From assembly GCA_963726245.1 (NCBI GenBank), contig CAVSBT010000017.1:150240-214239 (forward strand): DNA of 64,000 bases. Direction: 5' to 3'. The position numbers were made by a program, and so were the translations under genes. The notes below the pieces were generated by a model. It was not told the DNA's origin, made no database searches, and saw only the letters and a program-made list of their open reading frames with translations. Shown here piece by piece: positions 23,567 to 32,871 of this stretch (positions within the stretch are counted from its first letter, which is position 1; every line of letters starts with the position of its first letter). The stretch comes from an uncultured Chloroflexia bacterium (GTDB taxonomy: Bacteria > Chloroflexota > Dehalococcoidia > DSTF01 > JALHUB01).

Positions 23567-24233
23567 CTCGTTCTGCCTGTACTATGCGCTTGACGAAGAT
23601 GCCCGGCGTGACGATGACCTCCGGGTCCAGCGTACCGGCCGGCACGATCTCCTGCGCCTCGGCAATCGTGACGTCGGCGGCGGTAGCGATGACGGGGTTG
23701 AAGTTGCGGGTCGCCATGCGGTAGACGAGGTTGCCCATGGTGTCGGCTCGTTGAGCGCGGACGAGGGCGAAGTCGGCGCGCAAAGGCATCTCCAGGAGGT
23801 ACTCGCGGCCGTTCAGCGTCCGCCGCTCCTTGCCTTGCTCGACGACGGTGCCGACGCCGGTCGGCGTGTAGAAGCCGCCGAGCCCTGCGCCGCCGGCCCG
23901 GATGCGCTCCGCCATCGTGCCCTGGGGCGACACCTCCACCTCAATCTCGCCCGCCCGCCACTGCTCCTGCAGGAAGGTGGTCCGCGCGCCCCAGGTGCGG
24001 ATGGGGAAGGAGCCGATGAACTTGCGCACCTGCCGGTTCTCGAAGAGGGCGTCCAGGCGGTCGCCGAGGCCCACGTTGTTGGTGATGATGGTGAGATCGC
24101 GGGCCCCCTGGTCGGCGAGGGCGAAGACCAGCATGGCCGGCGAGCCCACGGGCCCAAAGCCGCCGATCATGACGACCGCGCCGTCGAAGACGTCGGCCAC
24201 GGCTTCAGCGGGGCTGGCGTAGACCTTGTTCAC
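23541..24233 (-). CDS. 3-oxoacid CoA-transferase subunit A
   Basis: IGGFG, PQGTMAERIRAGGAG, RNFNP, TPGIFV. Confidence 0.92.
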   Translation of the reverse strand: MNKVYASPAEAVADVFDGAVVMIGGFGPVGSPAMLVFALADQGARDLTIITNNVGLGDRLDALFENRQVRKFIGSFPIRTWGARTTFLQEQWRAGEIEVEVSPQGTMAERIRAGGAGLGGFYTPTGVGTVVEQGKERRTLNGREYLLEMPLRADFALVRAQRADTMGNLVYRMATRNFNPVIATAADVTIAEAQEIVPAGTLDPEVIVTPGIFVKRIVQAERDEIRWFDS

Positions 24234-24250
24234 TCCTGTCGCCTCCCTCA

Positions 24251-24314
24251 GGGCGACCACGGGGGGTCGCCCCTACCGGTCACACGTTGTAGGGGCGGGG
24301 CCCCGTCCCTGCCC
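24251..24314. repeat. REP-like doublet (GTAGGGGCG family)
   Basis: GGGCGACCACGGGGGGTCGCCCCTAC and GTAGGGGCGGGGCCCCGTCCCTGCCC. Confidence 0.72.
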
Positions 24315-24456
24315 TTCCGAGGGCTAGGGCCTCTATCCCCAGCGCAGCAAGTATGATAGAACGAAAGCGCGCCCCGGCCAAGGGGTGGCCCCGGCCGCAT
24401 CTTACATCCTGCCGTCAATCTTGTCCCCCACATGAGCGCTAAGGAGGTAAAAGCCT

Positions 24457-25779
24457 ATGCGCAGAGTCTGCATCGTGTCTGGAGGCATCACCAAGTTCGC
24501 CAAGGCCAACCTGCTCACCCAGGAGGCCATGTGCAAAGATGCCCTGGACTACGCCATGAACGATCTGAACGGACGTCTGGAGCTACGCGACATCCAGACC
24601 ACCATCTGCACCTACTTCTCCGACCACTTCAACGGCCAGCTACTCTTCGACTCCCTAACCCAGGATTACCTGGCGATGTGCCCCAAGCCCTCGATGCGCA
24701 TCGAGGGCGGCGGCGCCACCGGCGGCCTGGGCATCCGGGCGGGATACATGGACATCGCCTCGGGCCTCTCTGAGCTCTGCCTGGTCTACGGCTTCGAGAA
24801 GATGAGTGAGGTGAACACGGCCAAGGGCAACGAGTTCATCGCTCTGGCCTCGGACACCGACTTCGACTTCCCGGTCGGCGGATATTATTCCGGCTACTAC
24901 GCCAACATGGCCCAGCGCCACATGTACGAGTTCGGTACCACCGCCGAGCAGTTCGCCCGAATCGCCGTCAAGAACTACGACAACGCCTTCCACAACCGCT
25001 GGGCACAGAAGCACGAGCACTGGACCATCGAAGGCGTTCTCAACGCGCCGCTTATCTCCACGCCTCTCACCCGGCCGATGGTCTGCGTCATGAGCGACGG
25101 CGCCGCCTGCGTCATCCTTTGCACCGAGGAGTGGGCCAAGCGCCTGCGCCCCCAGGGCGACTACGCGGTGCTCACGGGACTGGGCTGCGGCACCGACACC
25201 ATGCGCATGGGCGACCGGCCTCGGGGCGACGTGATCGTGCTGCCCGGCGAGGAGCGCAGCAAGTACGACTACAAGACGGTTCAGGGCGAGGCCCTCAACG
25301 GGCAGTGGCCCGGCGTCGCCTCCTTCCGCGGCGGTCGCGAGGCCGCCCGCCAGGCCTACGCCATGGCCGGCATCACCGACCCCGTCGAGCAGATCGACTT
25401 CGCTGAGGTGCACGACGCTTACGCTTCCAGCGAGCTCCAAACCTACGAGGACATGGGCCTGGCGCTCTACGGCCAGGGAGGCCGCTTCGTCGAGGATGGT
25501 CATCCATACGTGGGCGGCAAGCTGCCCGTGAACCCCTCGGGCGGCCTGCTGGCCTGCGGCCACCCTGTGGGGGCTACCGGCATCATGCAGGGGGTGTTCG
25601 CCCTCTGGCAGCTTCAGCATCGCATGGCCGAGCACTGCAGCGACCCGGAGGCCGGCATCGACGGCGCGCCGATCCAGGTGAAGAACGCGCGTCGCGGCCT
25701 CATCCACAGCCACGCCGGCACCGGCACCTACATTGCGGTCAACATTCTGGAGACGCCTGACCTGGCGGCGCAACACTGA
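24457..25779 (+). CDS. Thiolase-superfamily (SCP2/Ltp2-like) protein
   Basis: GFEKM, SDGAA, EVHDAY, NPSGGLL, GHPVGATG; EGGGATG in place of the Cys motif. Confidence 0.88.
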   Translation: MRRVCIVSGGITKFAKANLLTQEAMCKDALDYAMNDLNGRLELRDIQTTICTYFSDHFNGQLLFDSLTQDYLAMCPKPSMRIEGGGATGGLGIRAGYMDIASGLSELCLVYGFEKMSEVNTAKGNEFIALASDTDFDFPVGGYYSGYYANMAQRHMYEFGTTAEQFARIAVKNYDNAFHNRWAQKHEHWTIEGVLNAPLISTPLTRPMVCVMSDGAACVILCTEEWAKRLRPQGDYAVLTGLGCGTDTMRMGDRPRGDVIVLPGEERSKYDYKTVQGEALNGQWPGVASFRGGREAARQAYAMAGITDPVEQIDFAEVHDAYASSELQTYEDMGLALYGQGGRFVEDGHPYVGGKLPVNPSGGLLACGHPVGATGIMQGVFALWQLQHRMAEHCSDPEAGIDGAPIQVKNARRGLIHSHAGTGTYIAVNILETPDLAAQH

Positions 25780-25791
25780 GGAGGAGCCGAT

Positions 25792-26255
25792 ATGACCCAC
25801 GTCTACAACGTCAACCCTCTCCAAGTGAGCCGCCCTTACCAAATCGAGTACATCCACAGCTACGGCGAGGTCAGCGACTTCTTCCTCGGGCTCAAGGAAA
25901 AGAAGCTGCTGGCGACGCGCTGCACGAAGTGCGGCAAGGCGTGGCTGCCGCCCCGGCGCGACTGCGGCGCCTGCGGCGCCAGGACTCGTGGTTCGAAGCG
26001 CCTCAGAAGGGGAAGGTCCACACGTTCTCCATCCTCCACTTCGCCGCCGAGGCCTTCCTCCACGAGGTGCCGTTTGTCCTCGCCTACATTGAGCTCGAAG
26101 GCATCGACACGGTCTTCCTCTCTCGGGTGGTGGGCTGCCGGCCGGAGGATGTCTACATCGGCATGCCGGTGCGGGCCCGATTCCGCCGGCTGGTGGACTG
26201 GACGCCTAACGACGTCGTCTTCGTGCCGGACGAGGCCGCGGCCGGCGAGCAATAG
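25792..26255 (+). CDS. DUF35 family Zn-ribbon/OB-fold protein (frameshift near 25985)
   Basis: RCTKCG...PPRRDCGAC, then GKVHTFS, VPFVLAYIELEG, IGMPVRARF. Confidence 0.88.
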
Positions 26256-26270
26256 GACTGCAAGCGTCTG

Positions 26271-27443
26271 ATGGACTTCCGCTTCAGCGAGGAGCAAGAG
26301 CGACTCCGCCGAGATGTGCGGCAGTTCCTGGAGCAGGAGCTGCCGGGATGGGCTGACGGCGCCCCTGACGGCCTGGCCGCCCTGATACCCGGCTACCTCT
26401 ACTTCTCGGAGTTCGAGCGCAAGGTGGGGGCCCGCGGCTGGCTCGGCCTGAGCTGGCCCGTCGAGTACGGCGGCGGCGGCCTCACGCCCATCGACCAGCT
26501 CGTGGTGGACGAGGAGCTGGCCGCCTATGGTGCGCCCGGCAGCGAGAACATCGGGCGCACCATCGTGGCGCCGTCAATCCTGGCCTTCGGCAACGACGAG
26601 CAGAAGCGGCGCTACCTGCCGGGCCTGGCCCGCGGCGAGATATCCTTCTGTCTGGGATACACGGAACCCGAGGCCGGCTCCGACCTGGTGAGCCTCCAGA
26701 CGCGGGCCGTGGCTCAAGGCGATGACTTCGTGATCAACGGGCGTAAGATTTACACCAGCGGCGCCGGCCGCACCACCCACTGCTGGCTCCTGGCCCGCAC
26801 CGACTCGGAGGCGCCCCAGCACCGCGGTCTCTCGGCCTTCGTCGTGCCGATGGACGACCCGGGCGTGATGGTGAGCCCGCTCACCAACCTCCTGAACACG
26901 GACTGGTTCGATGAGGTCCTCTTCGAGGATGTGCGCGTGCCCCGCGAAAACCTGGTCGGGCAGGAGAACCGCGGCTGGTACCAGGTGGCGGCGGCCCTGG
27001 ACGTGGAGCGGCTGGCCCTCTACCCGTACCTGAGCCACGTCCGGGTGTTCCGCGCCCTGCTTCGCTATATGGCTCAGGCGCCCCATGGCCCTGCGGGGCG
27101 CCGCGATCGGCTGCGCCAGAAGATGGCGGAGCTGGCGATCGAGTTCCAGGTGGCCCGCGTGCTCACTTACCGGGCGGTGTGGCTCCGCAGCCGGGGGCAG
27201 CGGCCGGACTGGCAGGCGGCCCAGGTGAAGCTCTTCAACAGCGAGATGGCCCAGCGCCTTTACCAGGTCGCAGTGGAGGTGGTTGGGCTGCATGGCCAGC
27301 TTCGGGGCGACTCGGCGCGGGCGGTGCTCTCCGGCGTCGTGGTCCAGGGCTACCTCTCGACGGTGCAGGAGACCATCGGGGCCGGCACCTCGGAGGTGCA
27401 GCGAAACATCATCGCCGGTCGCGGCCTCGGCCTGCCGCGCTAG
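26271..27443 (+). CDS. Acyl-CoA dehydrogenase
   Basis: WPVEYGG, YTEPEAGSD, NGRKIYTS, IGAGTSEVQRNII. Confidence 0.93.
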   Translation: MDFRFSEEQERLRRDVRQFLEQELPGWADGAPDGLAALIPGYLYFSEFERKVGARGWLGLSWPVEYGGGGLTPIDQLVVDEELAAYGAPGSENIGRTIVAPSILAFGNDEQKRRYLPGLARGEISFCLGYTEPEAGSDLVSLQTRAVAQGDDFVINGRKIYTSGAGRTTHCWLLARTDSEAPQHRGLSAFVVPMDDPGVMVSPLTNLLNTDWFDEVLFEDVRVPRENLVGQENRGWYQVAAALDVERLALYPYLSHVRVFRALLRYMAQAPHGPAGRRDRLRQKMAELAIEFQVARVLTYRAVWLRSRGQRPDWQAAQVKLFNSEMAQRLYQVAVEVVGLHGQLRGDSARAVLSGVVVQGYLSTVQETIGAGTSEVQRNIIAGRGLGLPR

Positions 27444-27506
27444 GCGCGACGCGAAACCCCTATTAAGGCTTTCCCCAACCCTGCCGATAAGATAATCGGT
27501 CCCCCT

Positions 27507-27728
27507 ATGAGACCGGTCGAAACTATGTACACTGTCTCGGTAAGACGCGGCGACAAGTTCGAGCATTCAACGCAGTTCCCCAACCTCCGCGATGCCCTCC
27601 GGCAGTTGGACGGGTTCGCGTACGCGTTCCCGGAGCTGGTGTCAGAGCTGTGGAGCGGCGGCGGCGTGCTCTGGCGCTGCAATGCGCCGCAAGCGAGGGC
27701 CGGCGCTGAGCCGCCGGACGCGGCGTAG
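27507..27728 (+). CDS. Small hypothetical protein
   Basis: 73-aa ORF filling an intergenic gap; no recognisable motif. Confidence 0.45.
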   Translation: MRPVETMYTVSVRRGDKFEHSTQFPNLRDALRQLDGFAYAFPELVSELWSGGGVLWRCNAPQARAGAEPPDAA

Positions 27729-27760
27729 GGCACGCCGCGCTTCCTCAGCGCGACAAGGGC

Positions 27761-28780
27761 CTACGCCCGCTGGAGCTCCCGCAGCATGTGGCGCAGGCGC
27801 TCCTCGTCCTCGGGCTTGCGGAGGGGAATGGCGAGGCCCGTTCGGGTGATGATGCCGCTCCAACGGGCTTTGATCTTGTCAACCAGGCCGTCGTAGGGAG
27901 AGACGATGGCAAATTCCTCCAGCATTTCCTCCGTGATGAGTTTGCCCATCTCCGACCAGCGGCCCTGAGTGGACATTTCGTGCAACTCCAGGCAGACGTC
28001 GCCCCAGCCGTGTGCCTCGAAGACGGCCCGGTAGCTGCGCGTCGAGCCATAGAAGGCCACCTGCGTTCGCACGGCCTGTTTCATCCGCTCGATCTCCTCC
28101 TCCGTCTCGCCCGTGACCAGGAAGCTGCCGCCGCAGATGTCGATGTCGCTGAGGGGGCGGCCGGCCTTGCGGGCGCCGGCCTCCAGGTTGGGCAGGATCG
28201 CCTCCCTGGTGTACTTGGCGGTGTTGAAGGGGTGCAGGCGGACACCGTCGCAAAGCTCGCCCGCCAGGCGCAGCATGTAGGGGTTGACGGCGGAGACGTA
28301 GACGGGGATGTGAGGGTGCTCGACGGGGCCCGGGTTGAAGTAGGGGGTCATGAGGGTAAGGTTGTAATAGTCGCCCTGGAAGTCGAGCTTGGCGCCGTTT
28401 TGCCACGAGTCCCAGACGGCGCGCAGGGCAAGGATGTACTCACGCATGCGTGGCCCCGGCGGCGCATACGGGATGCCGAAGCGCCGGACGATATGTCCTT
28501 TCACCTGGCTGCCCAGTCCGAGCAGCAGCCGGCCTCCGGAGAGCGATTGAATGTCCCAGGCGATGTGAGCCAGGCTGGTGGGGCTGAGCGGAAAGGCGAT
28601 GGCCACCGCTGTGCCCAGGCTGATCCGCTGGGTGTGCTCGGCGGCGAGGACCAGGGGCAGGAACGGGTCGTGGCCTACCTGGCTGCTGACGACGCCGTCG
28701 TAGCCGAGTTCCTCGGCTTTGCGGGCAGCGGCAGGCACGTCGCGGAGGCTGGGCGCCTCGATGCTGGCTTCTACCTTCAT
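27761..28780 (-). CDS. LLM-class F420-dependent oxidoreductase (TIGR03617-like)
   Basis: HDPFLPL, GLGSQVKGHIVRRFG, LMTPYFNPG, FYGSTRSY. Confidence 0.85.
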   Translation of the reverse strand: MKVEASIEAPSLRDVPAAARKAEELGYDGVVSSQVGHDPFLPLVLAAEHTQRISLGTAVAIAFPLSPTSLAHIAWDIQSLSGGRLLLGLGSQVKGHIVRRFGIPYAPPGPRMREYILALRAVWDSWQNGAKLDFQGDYYNLTLMTPYFNPGPVEHPHIPVYVSAVNPYMLRLAGELCDGVRLHPFNTAKYTREAILPNLEAGARKAGRPLSDIDICGGSFLVTGETEEEIERMKQAVRTQVAFYGSTRSYRAVFEAHGWGDVCLELHEMSTQGRWSEMGKLITEEMLEEFAIVSPYDGLVDKIKARWSGIITRTGLAIPLRKPEDEERLRHMLRELQRA

Positions 28781-29119
28781 GACCGGCTCGCTAGCAGGAT
28801 CCTGGGCGACGGAATCATCGCCGCCCATCATAGCGTGGGTGGCCGTGGTGTCAACGAGGCCAGGTTCGGGTCGGGATTCGCGCCAGCTGGGCGCCAAAAC
28901 AAAACGGGGCCCAAGAGACTGCATTCTTCCCTGCCATTCGGCTAATTCAGTCTCCTGGGCCCAACCTATATTAACATAACACGGCGGCCTTGCCAACCCC
29001 CCGTCAACCTATCCGGAGTCTGGCTCGCGGTCGATCCCCAGGAGGTCACACGGGGGTATTGTTACGCGCCGCCAACAAGCACATACTTATAGAGGAGGTG
29101 AAGCAAAGGGAGGTGAAGT

Positions 29120-29605
29120 ATGGCTCAGCGTAAGGTTCGCGTACCGCCCCTCGACATGGCAGCCGTACGTGGTCTGCCGGAGTGGGTGGCGCTTTATCAG
29201 GCATACAACGCTGTCTTTAAGGTCCACGAGCTGGCCCTCCTGCCGCAGCGCATCACTATGCCGCAGCTTCAACTGCTGACGGTACTGGTCTCTGCCGGCG
29301 GAGTCCTGCCTTCGACGCGCATCGCGCGACACATGGTGAAGGAAGCTCAGACGATAACCGGCCTGGTGGACAGGATGGAGGCGGCCGGATGGGTAGCTCG
29401 CCAGGGCGACCCAAAGGACCGCCGAAAGACCTTGGTCTCTCTCACGAACGCCGGCGTCAAGAAGTTCCAGGAGTCGTTCCCTGTGGCCAATCAGGTGGGC
29501 GTCGAGATCTTCGCCGTCCTCAACGACCGGGAGCTGTCTGGACTGCGGGTGGCCGTGGAGAAGCTAGGGGAGACCACGTTGTCCCGCCTGGGCATTCGTC
29601 TCTAG
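29120..29605 (+). CDS. MarR family transcriptional regulator
   Basis: ITGLVDRME...DPKDRR...LTNAG wHTH; GGAGG RBS. Confidence 0.92.
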   Translation: MAQRKVRVPPLDMAAVRGLPEWVALYQAYNAVFKVHELALLPQRITMPQLQLLTVLVSAGGVLPSTRIARHMVKEAQTITGLVDRMEAAGWVARQGDPKDRRKTLVSLTNAGVKKFQESFPVANQVGVEIFAVLNDRELSGLRVAVEKLGETTLSRLGIRL

Positions 29606-29759
29606 CGCCCCCCTGCCGGCAGACGCCTTCGGCGTCATCGAGCGGCCGGCATGCCTTCTGTGGCATGGAGTGACGAGATGCGGCACTCCGGGAGTACGCA
29701 TCCCCGTTCGGGCCTTTGGAGGAACTTAGTTGTTAGTCCTAACGCGAAAAACGAGTCAG

Positions 29760-30240
29760 TCAATCGTCCTTACCTGTGACGACTCTGTGGTAAGGCTTAA
29801 GATCATCCGCGTCGGCAGGGACAAGGTATCCCTCGGGGTGGAAGCCCCTCTGACCGTGAAGGTCTTGCGGTCGGAACTCGAGGACAAGCGCCCGGCGGCC
29901 TAGTCTTGGCCGCGGTGCGCGAAGGATTCCCACCCCAGAGCTGCGTGGGCAGGCCCGTAGAGCTTGTCACGGGCCCCGGCGTCGCTGCGTGCCCGCGGAG
30001 GGTCATAGCCCCAGTGTCAACGCTGGGGCATCGCGTGACGAATCTATTCCCTCGCCTTTGTGTCATTGAGCTAATAGGCCAACAAATCTGGCGACTGACC
30101 CTCAGGTCTACCCTTGGCACTGCTCTCTCGGCGGCTGAAGCCCTGATCCGGTTTCCTCGCGGGGCGGACTGTGTTTCAATGGGGAAGATCGTTCCGCCCA
30201 CAGTATGAAGGGGCCGGACGACCAGCCTTCGCAGCTCCGA
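29760..30240 (+). ncRNA. Candidate large structured non-coding RNA
   Basis: No convincing ORF; about 8 local hairpins with G-U pairs favouring + strand, an 8-bp long-range helix and a 7-bp loop-to-linker pseudoknot. Confidence 0.5.
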
Positions 30241-30247
30241 GGCAACT

Positions 30248-31297
30248 GTGATCAGCGTCTTCTGCGGCCCCGACAGCTTCACGCTCCATGAGGCCCTCGC
30301 CGAGCTCAAGGCGGAGCTGAACGGCGACGGCATGCTCTCCACCAACACCGCCGCCTTCGAGGGCAGCCAGGTGCGCCCCGACGAGCTGCTGGCCGTCTGC
30401 AACACGGTGCCCTTCATGGGCGCCCACCGCCTGGTGCTGGTCGAGGGCCTTCTGGGTCGTTTCGAGGCGCCCCGCGGCCGGCGTCAGGCCGGCGCCGGGC
30501 CGGCGGGAGACCCCGGCCGGCGGGCCGAACTGGGCCCCTGGCGAGACCTGCCCGCCGCCCTCGAAGGCCTGCCTCCTTCCGCCGCCCTTGTCTTCGTAGA
30601 CGGGGATATCTCCGAGAGCAACCCTCTGCTGAAGCTGCTGTCGCCTCTAGCCCAGGTTCGGCGCTTCCCCCGCCTCGGCCAGCGCGACCTTCCGGGATGG
30701 ATCCAGGCTCGCGCCCGGCAAGAGGGCGTGGACATCTCGCCCGCGGCGGTGCGCCTGCTCGCCGACCTGGTGGGGAACGACCTGTGGACGCTCTGGCAAG
30801 AGCTGAAGAAGCTGGCCTTATACGCCTCTGGCGGGCGGGTGGAGGACGAGGACGTGCGCGCCCTTACGGTGGCAGCCCGCGAGGCCAGCGTCTTCACCCT
30901 TGTCGATGCCGTGGTCGAGGGCCGTCCCGACCAGGCGCTCCGCCTCCTCGAGCAACTCCTCGATCAAGGGGCGGCGGCCCCGTACGTGCTGGCCATCATC
31001 ACGCGCCAGTACCGCAACCTTCTGCTGGCCAAGGAGATGATGGGGCAGCGCCGTCCGAGGGCGGAGATCGGCGAACGGCTGGGCATCAAGTCAGGCTTTG
31101 CCCTGGGAAAGGTGCTGGAGCAGGCGGGGCGCTGCCCGCCGGCCAGGCTGGAAGCCGCCTACCGCCGGCTGCTGGAGGCCGACGCCTCGATCAAGTCCGG
31201 CGTCTACCGCGAGGAGCTGGCTTTGGAGGTGCTGGTGGAAGACCTGGCGCGCATAGCGGCGCCGCCTTCGCCAGAACGCGGGAGGAGGCCCGCATAA
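30248..31297 (+). CDS. holA: DNA polymerase III delta subunit
   Basis: TVPFMGAHRLVLV, ELKKLALY, VFTLVDA, LEADASIKSG; typical length. Confidence 0.9.
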   Translation: MISVFCGPDSFTLHEALAELKAELNGDGMLSTNTAAFEGSQVRPDELLAVCNTVPFMGAHRLVLVEGLLGRFEAPRGRRQAGAGPAGDPGRRAELGPWRDLPAALEGLPPSAALVFVDGDISESNPLLKLLSPLAQVRRFPRLGQRDLPGWIQARARQEGVDISPAAVRLLADLVGNDLWTLWQELKKLALYASGGRVEDEDVRALTVAAREASVFTLVDAVVEGRPDQALRLLEQLLDQGAAAPYVLAIITRQYRNLLLAKEMMGQRRPRAEIGERLGIKSGFALGKVLEQAGRCPPARLEAAYRRLLEADASIKSGVYREELALEVLVEDLARIAAPPSPERGRRPA

Positions 31298-31319
31298 CGC
31301 GGGCGGTGTCCCCGACGAG

Positions 31320-31949
31320 TTAGGAGATGGGGCGGAAGACGGAGAGCACGCGCCCCTGGATCTCCACGTTGGCGGCGTCGGTGTAGATGGGAGGCAGGGT
31401 CTCGTTCGCGGGCTGGAGACGTACCTGGTTGCCCTCCCGGTAGAACTTCTTGAGGGTGACCTCCTCCTCCTTCTTGAGCCAGACGGCTACCATGTCCCCG
31501 TCCTTGGCAGTGTTGGCCTGCTCCATCACCACGATGTCGCCATCGTTGATGAGGGCGTCGATCATCGATGTGCCCTTGACGCGGAGAGCGAAGACGTTGT
31601 CCTGCCCGCCGGCCATGTCCGGGGTGACCGACACCGTCTCGTCGTAGGCGACGCTGCCCTCCGGCACGGGGATAGGCTGGCCGGCGGCGATGCGCCCAAC
31701 GAGCGGCACGGCGACACTGCGTACGCGGCGGCCGCTGCCGTCCAGCAGCTCGATGGCCCGCGAGACCTCGCGGTCGCGCCGGATGTGGCCCATCCTCTCG
31801 AGGGCCTTGAGGTTGTAGTCGACCACAGACGTGGAGCTGATGCCGCAGCCGATCTGGATGTCGCGGATGCTGGGCGGATACTCCTTATCATCGATGAAGC
31901 GACGGATGAAGGCCAGGATCTTCTGCTGTCGGGGCGATAGAGGCTTCAT
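31320..31949 (-). CDS. lexA: SOS repressor LexA
   Basis: YPPSIRDI HTH, GRIAAGQP Ala-Gly cleavage site, GTSM Ser, VTLKK Lys. Confidence 0.97.
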   Translation of the reverse strand: MKPLSPRQQKILAFIRRFIDDKEYPPSIRDIQIGCGISSTSVVDYNLKALERMGHIRRDREVSRAIELLDGSGRRVRSVAVPLVGRIAAGQPIPVPEGSVAYDETVSVTPDMAGGQDNVFALRVKGTSMIDALINDGDIVVMEQANTAKDGDMVAVWLKKEEEVTLKKFYREGNQVRLQPANETLPPIYTDAANVEIQGRVLSVFRPIS

Positions 31950-32002
31950 AGAGTCACCTCGCTGCGCAGGCTGCGCCTTTCTGGGGTCCGTTCTTTTGCT
32001 CG

Positions 32003-32052
32003 GAACCTGTGTTCTGTCGAACAACAGTACCAGCGAAGAGGGCCTTTGTCAA
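32003..32052 (-). promoter_or_regulatory. lexA promoter with two LexA boxes
   Basis: GAACctgtGTTC (32003-32014), GAACaacaGTAC (32019-32030); minus-strand TTGACA-17-TACTGT. Confidence 0.85.
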
Positions 32053-32312
32053 GCCTTCTACCGGATGAGGTCTTGAGGCAGATCGGCGGGTTTGTCAGCC
32101 TCGATGGGCTGTGCTAGACTGGAGGCCGCTCGCCGCCGGGCCGAAGATCCATGTGAGGGTCACAGAGTCCGCCCGCGGTGGGCCTGCCCGTCCGATATGG
32201 GAAGAACACCTGACTATCGCCTGTGCCGCTGCTCCCCCGCCAGCGCGGCTTTCTCGTGTCCAGATACGGGTTCGGGCAGGGGTGGCGGGCCGACCGGGTT
32301 GCGAGGTGAGCC

Positions 32313-32810
32313 GTGAACTGGCTGGACGGCGTTATCCTGGCGGTGCTCGCCTGGTTCATCTTTGCCGCCTTCACCGCCGGCTTGATCCGCGAGGTCGTCA
32401 CCATCTTCTCCGTTATCCTGGGAGTGGTGCTGGCGGGCCTCTTCTACGAGCGGCTGGCTGGAGACCTCAAGACGATTATCGACAGCGACAGGGCAGCAAG
32501 GACGGTGGCCTTCCTGGCTATCTTCCTCACCATTGCGGTGGCCGGCCAGGTGGTGGCCATGCTGCTCAAGGAAACAGCCTCGCTCTTGATGCTGGGCGTA
32601 TTCGACCAGTTGGCGGGGGCTGCCTTCGGGTTCGTCAAGGGCGTGGTGATTATCCAGGTGATCCTCATCCTGTTTGCCACCTACCCGTCCCTGGGCCTCG
32701 GCAGCGCCATCAGCAACTCCAAGCTGGCGCCCCTCTTCACCGAGCGGGCGCCAATCCTGCTGCGGGTGCTCCCCGCGGAGTTCGACGCCGCCAAACACCT
32801 TGGCGGTTGA
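32313..32810 (+). CDS. cvpA: CvpA family membrane protein
   Basis: MNWLD start, GLIREV, DQLAGAAFGFVKG, SKLAP. Confidence 0.88.
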   Translation: MNWLDGVILAVLAWFIFAAFTAGLIREVVTIFSVILGVVLAGLFYERLAGDLKTIIDSDRAARTVAFLAIFLTIAVAGQVVAMLLKETASLLMLGVFDQLAGAAFGFVKGVVIIQVILILFATYPSLGLGSAISNSKLAPLFTERAPILLRVLPAEFDAAKHLGG

Positions 32811-32871
32811 CCGGGACGTCCGCAATCGATATAGTGCCGTGGGGCACCCCCCTCCAGGCTAAAGCTTCGTT

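Noticed and set aside
30160-30185. GGGGCGGACTGTGTTTCAATGGGG resembling a tmRNA 5' end
   Set aside because: No T-arm/CCA half or tag ORF nearby, in standard or permuted order.
29803-30417. ORFs of 204 and 100 aa over the marR-holA gap
   Set aside because: No RBS or motif, atypical composition, and the longer one overlaps holA antisense.
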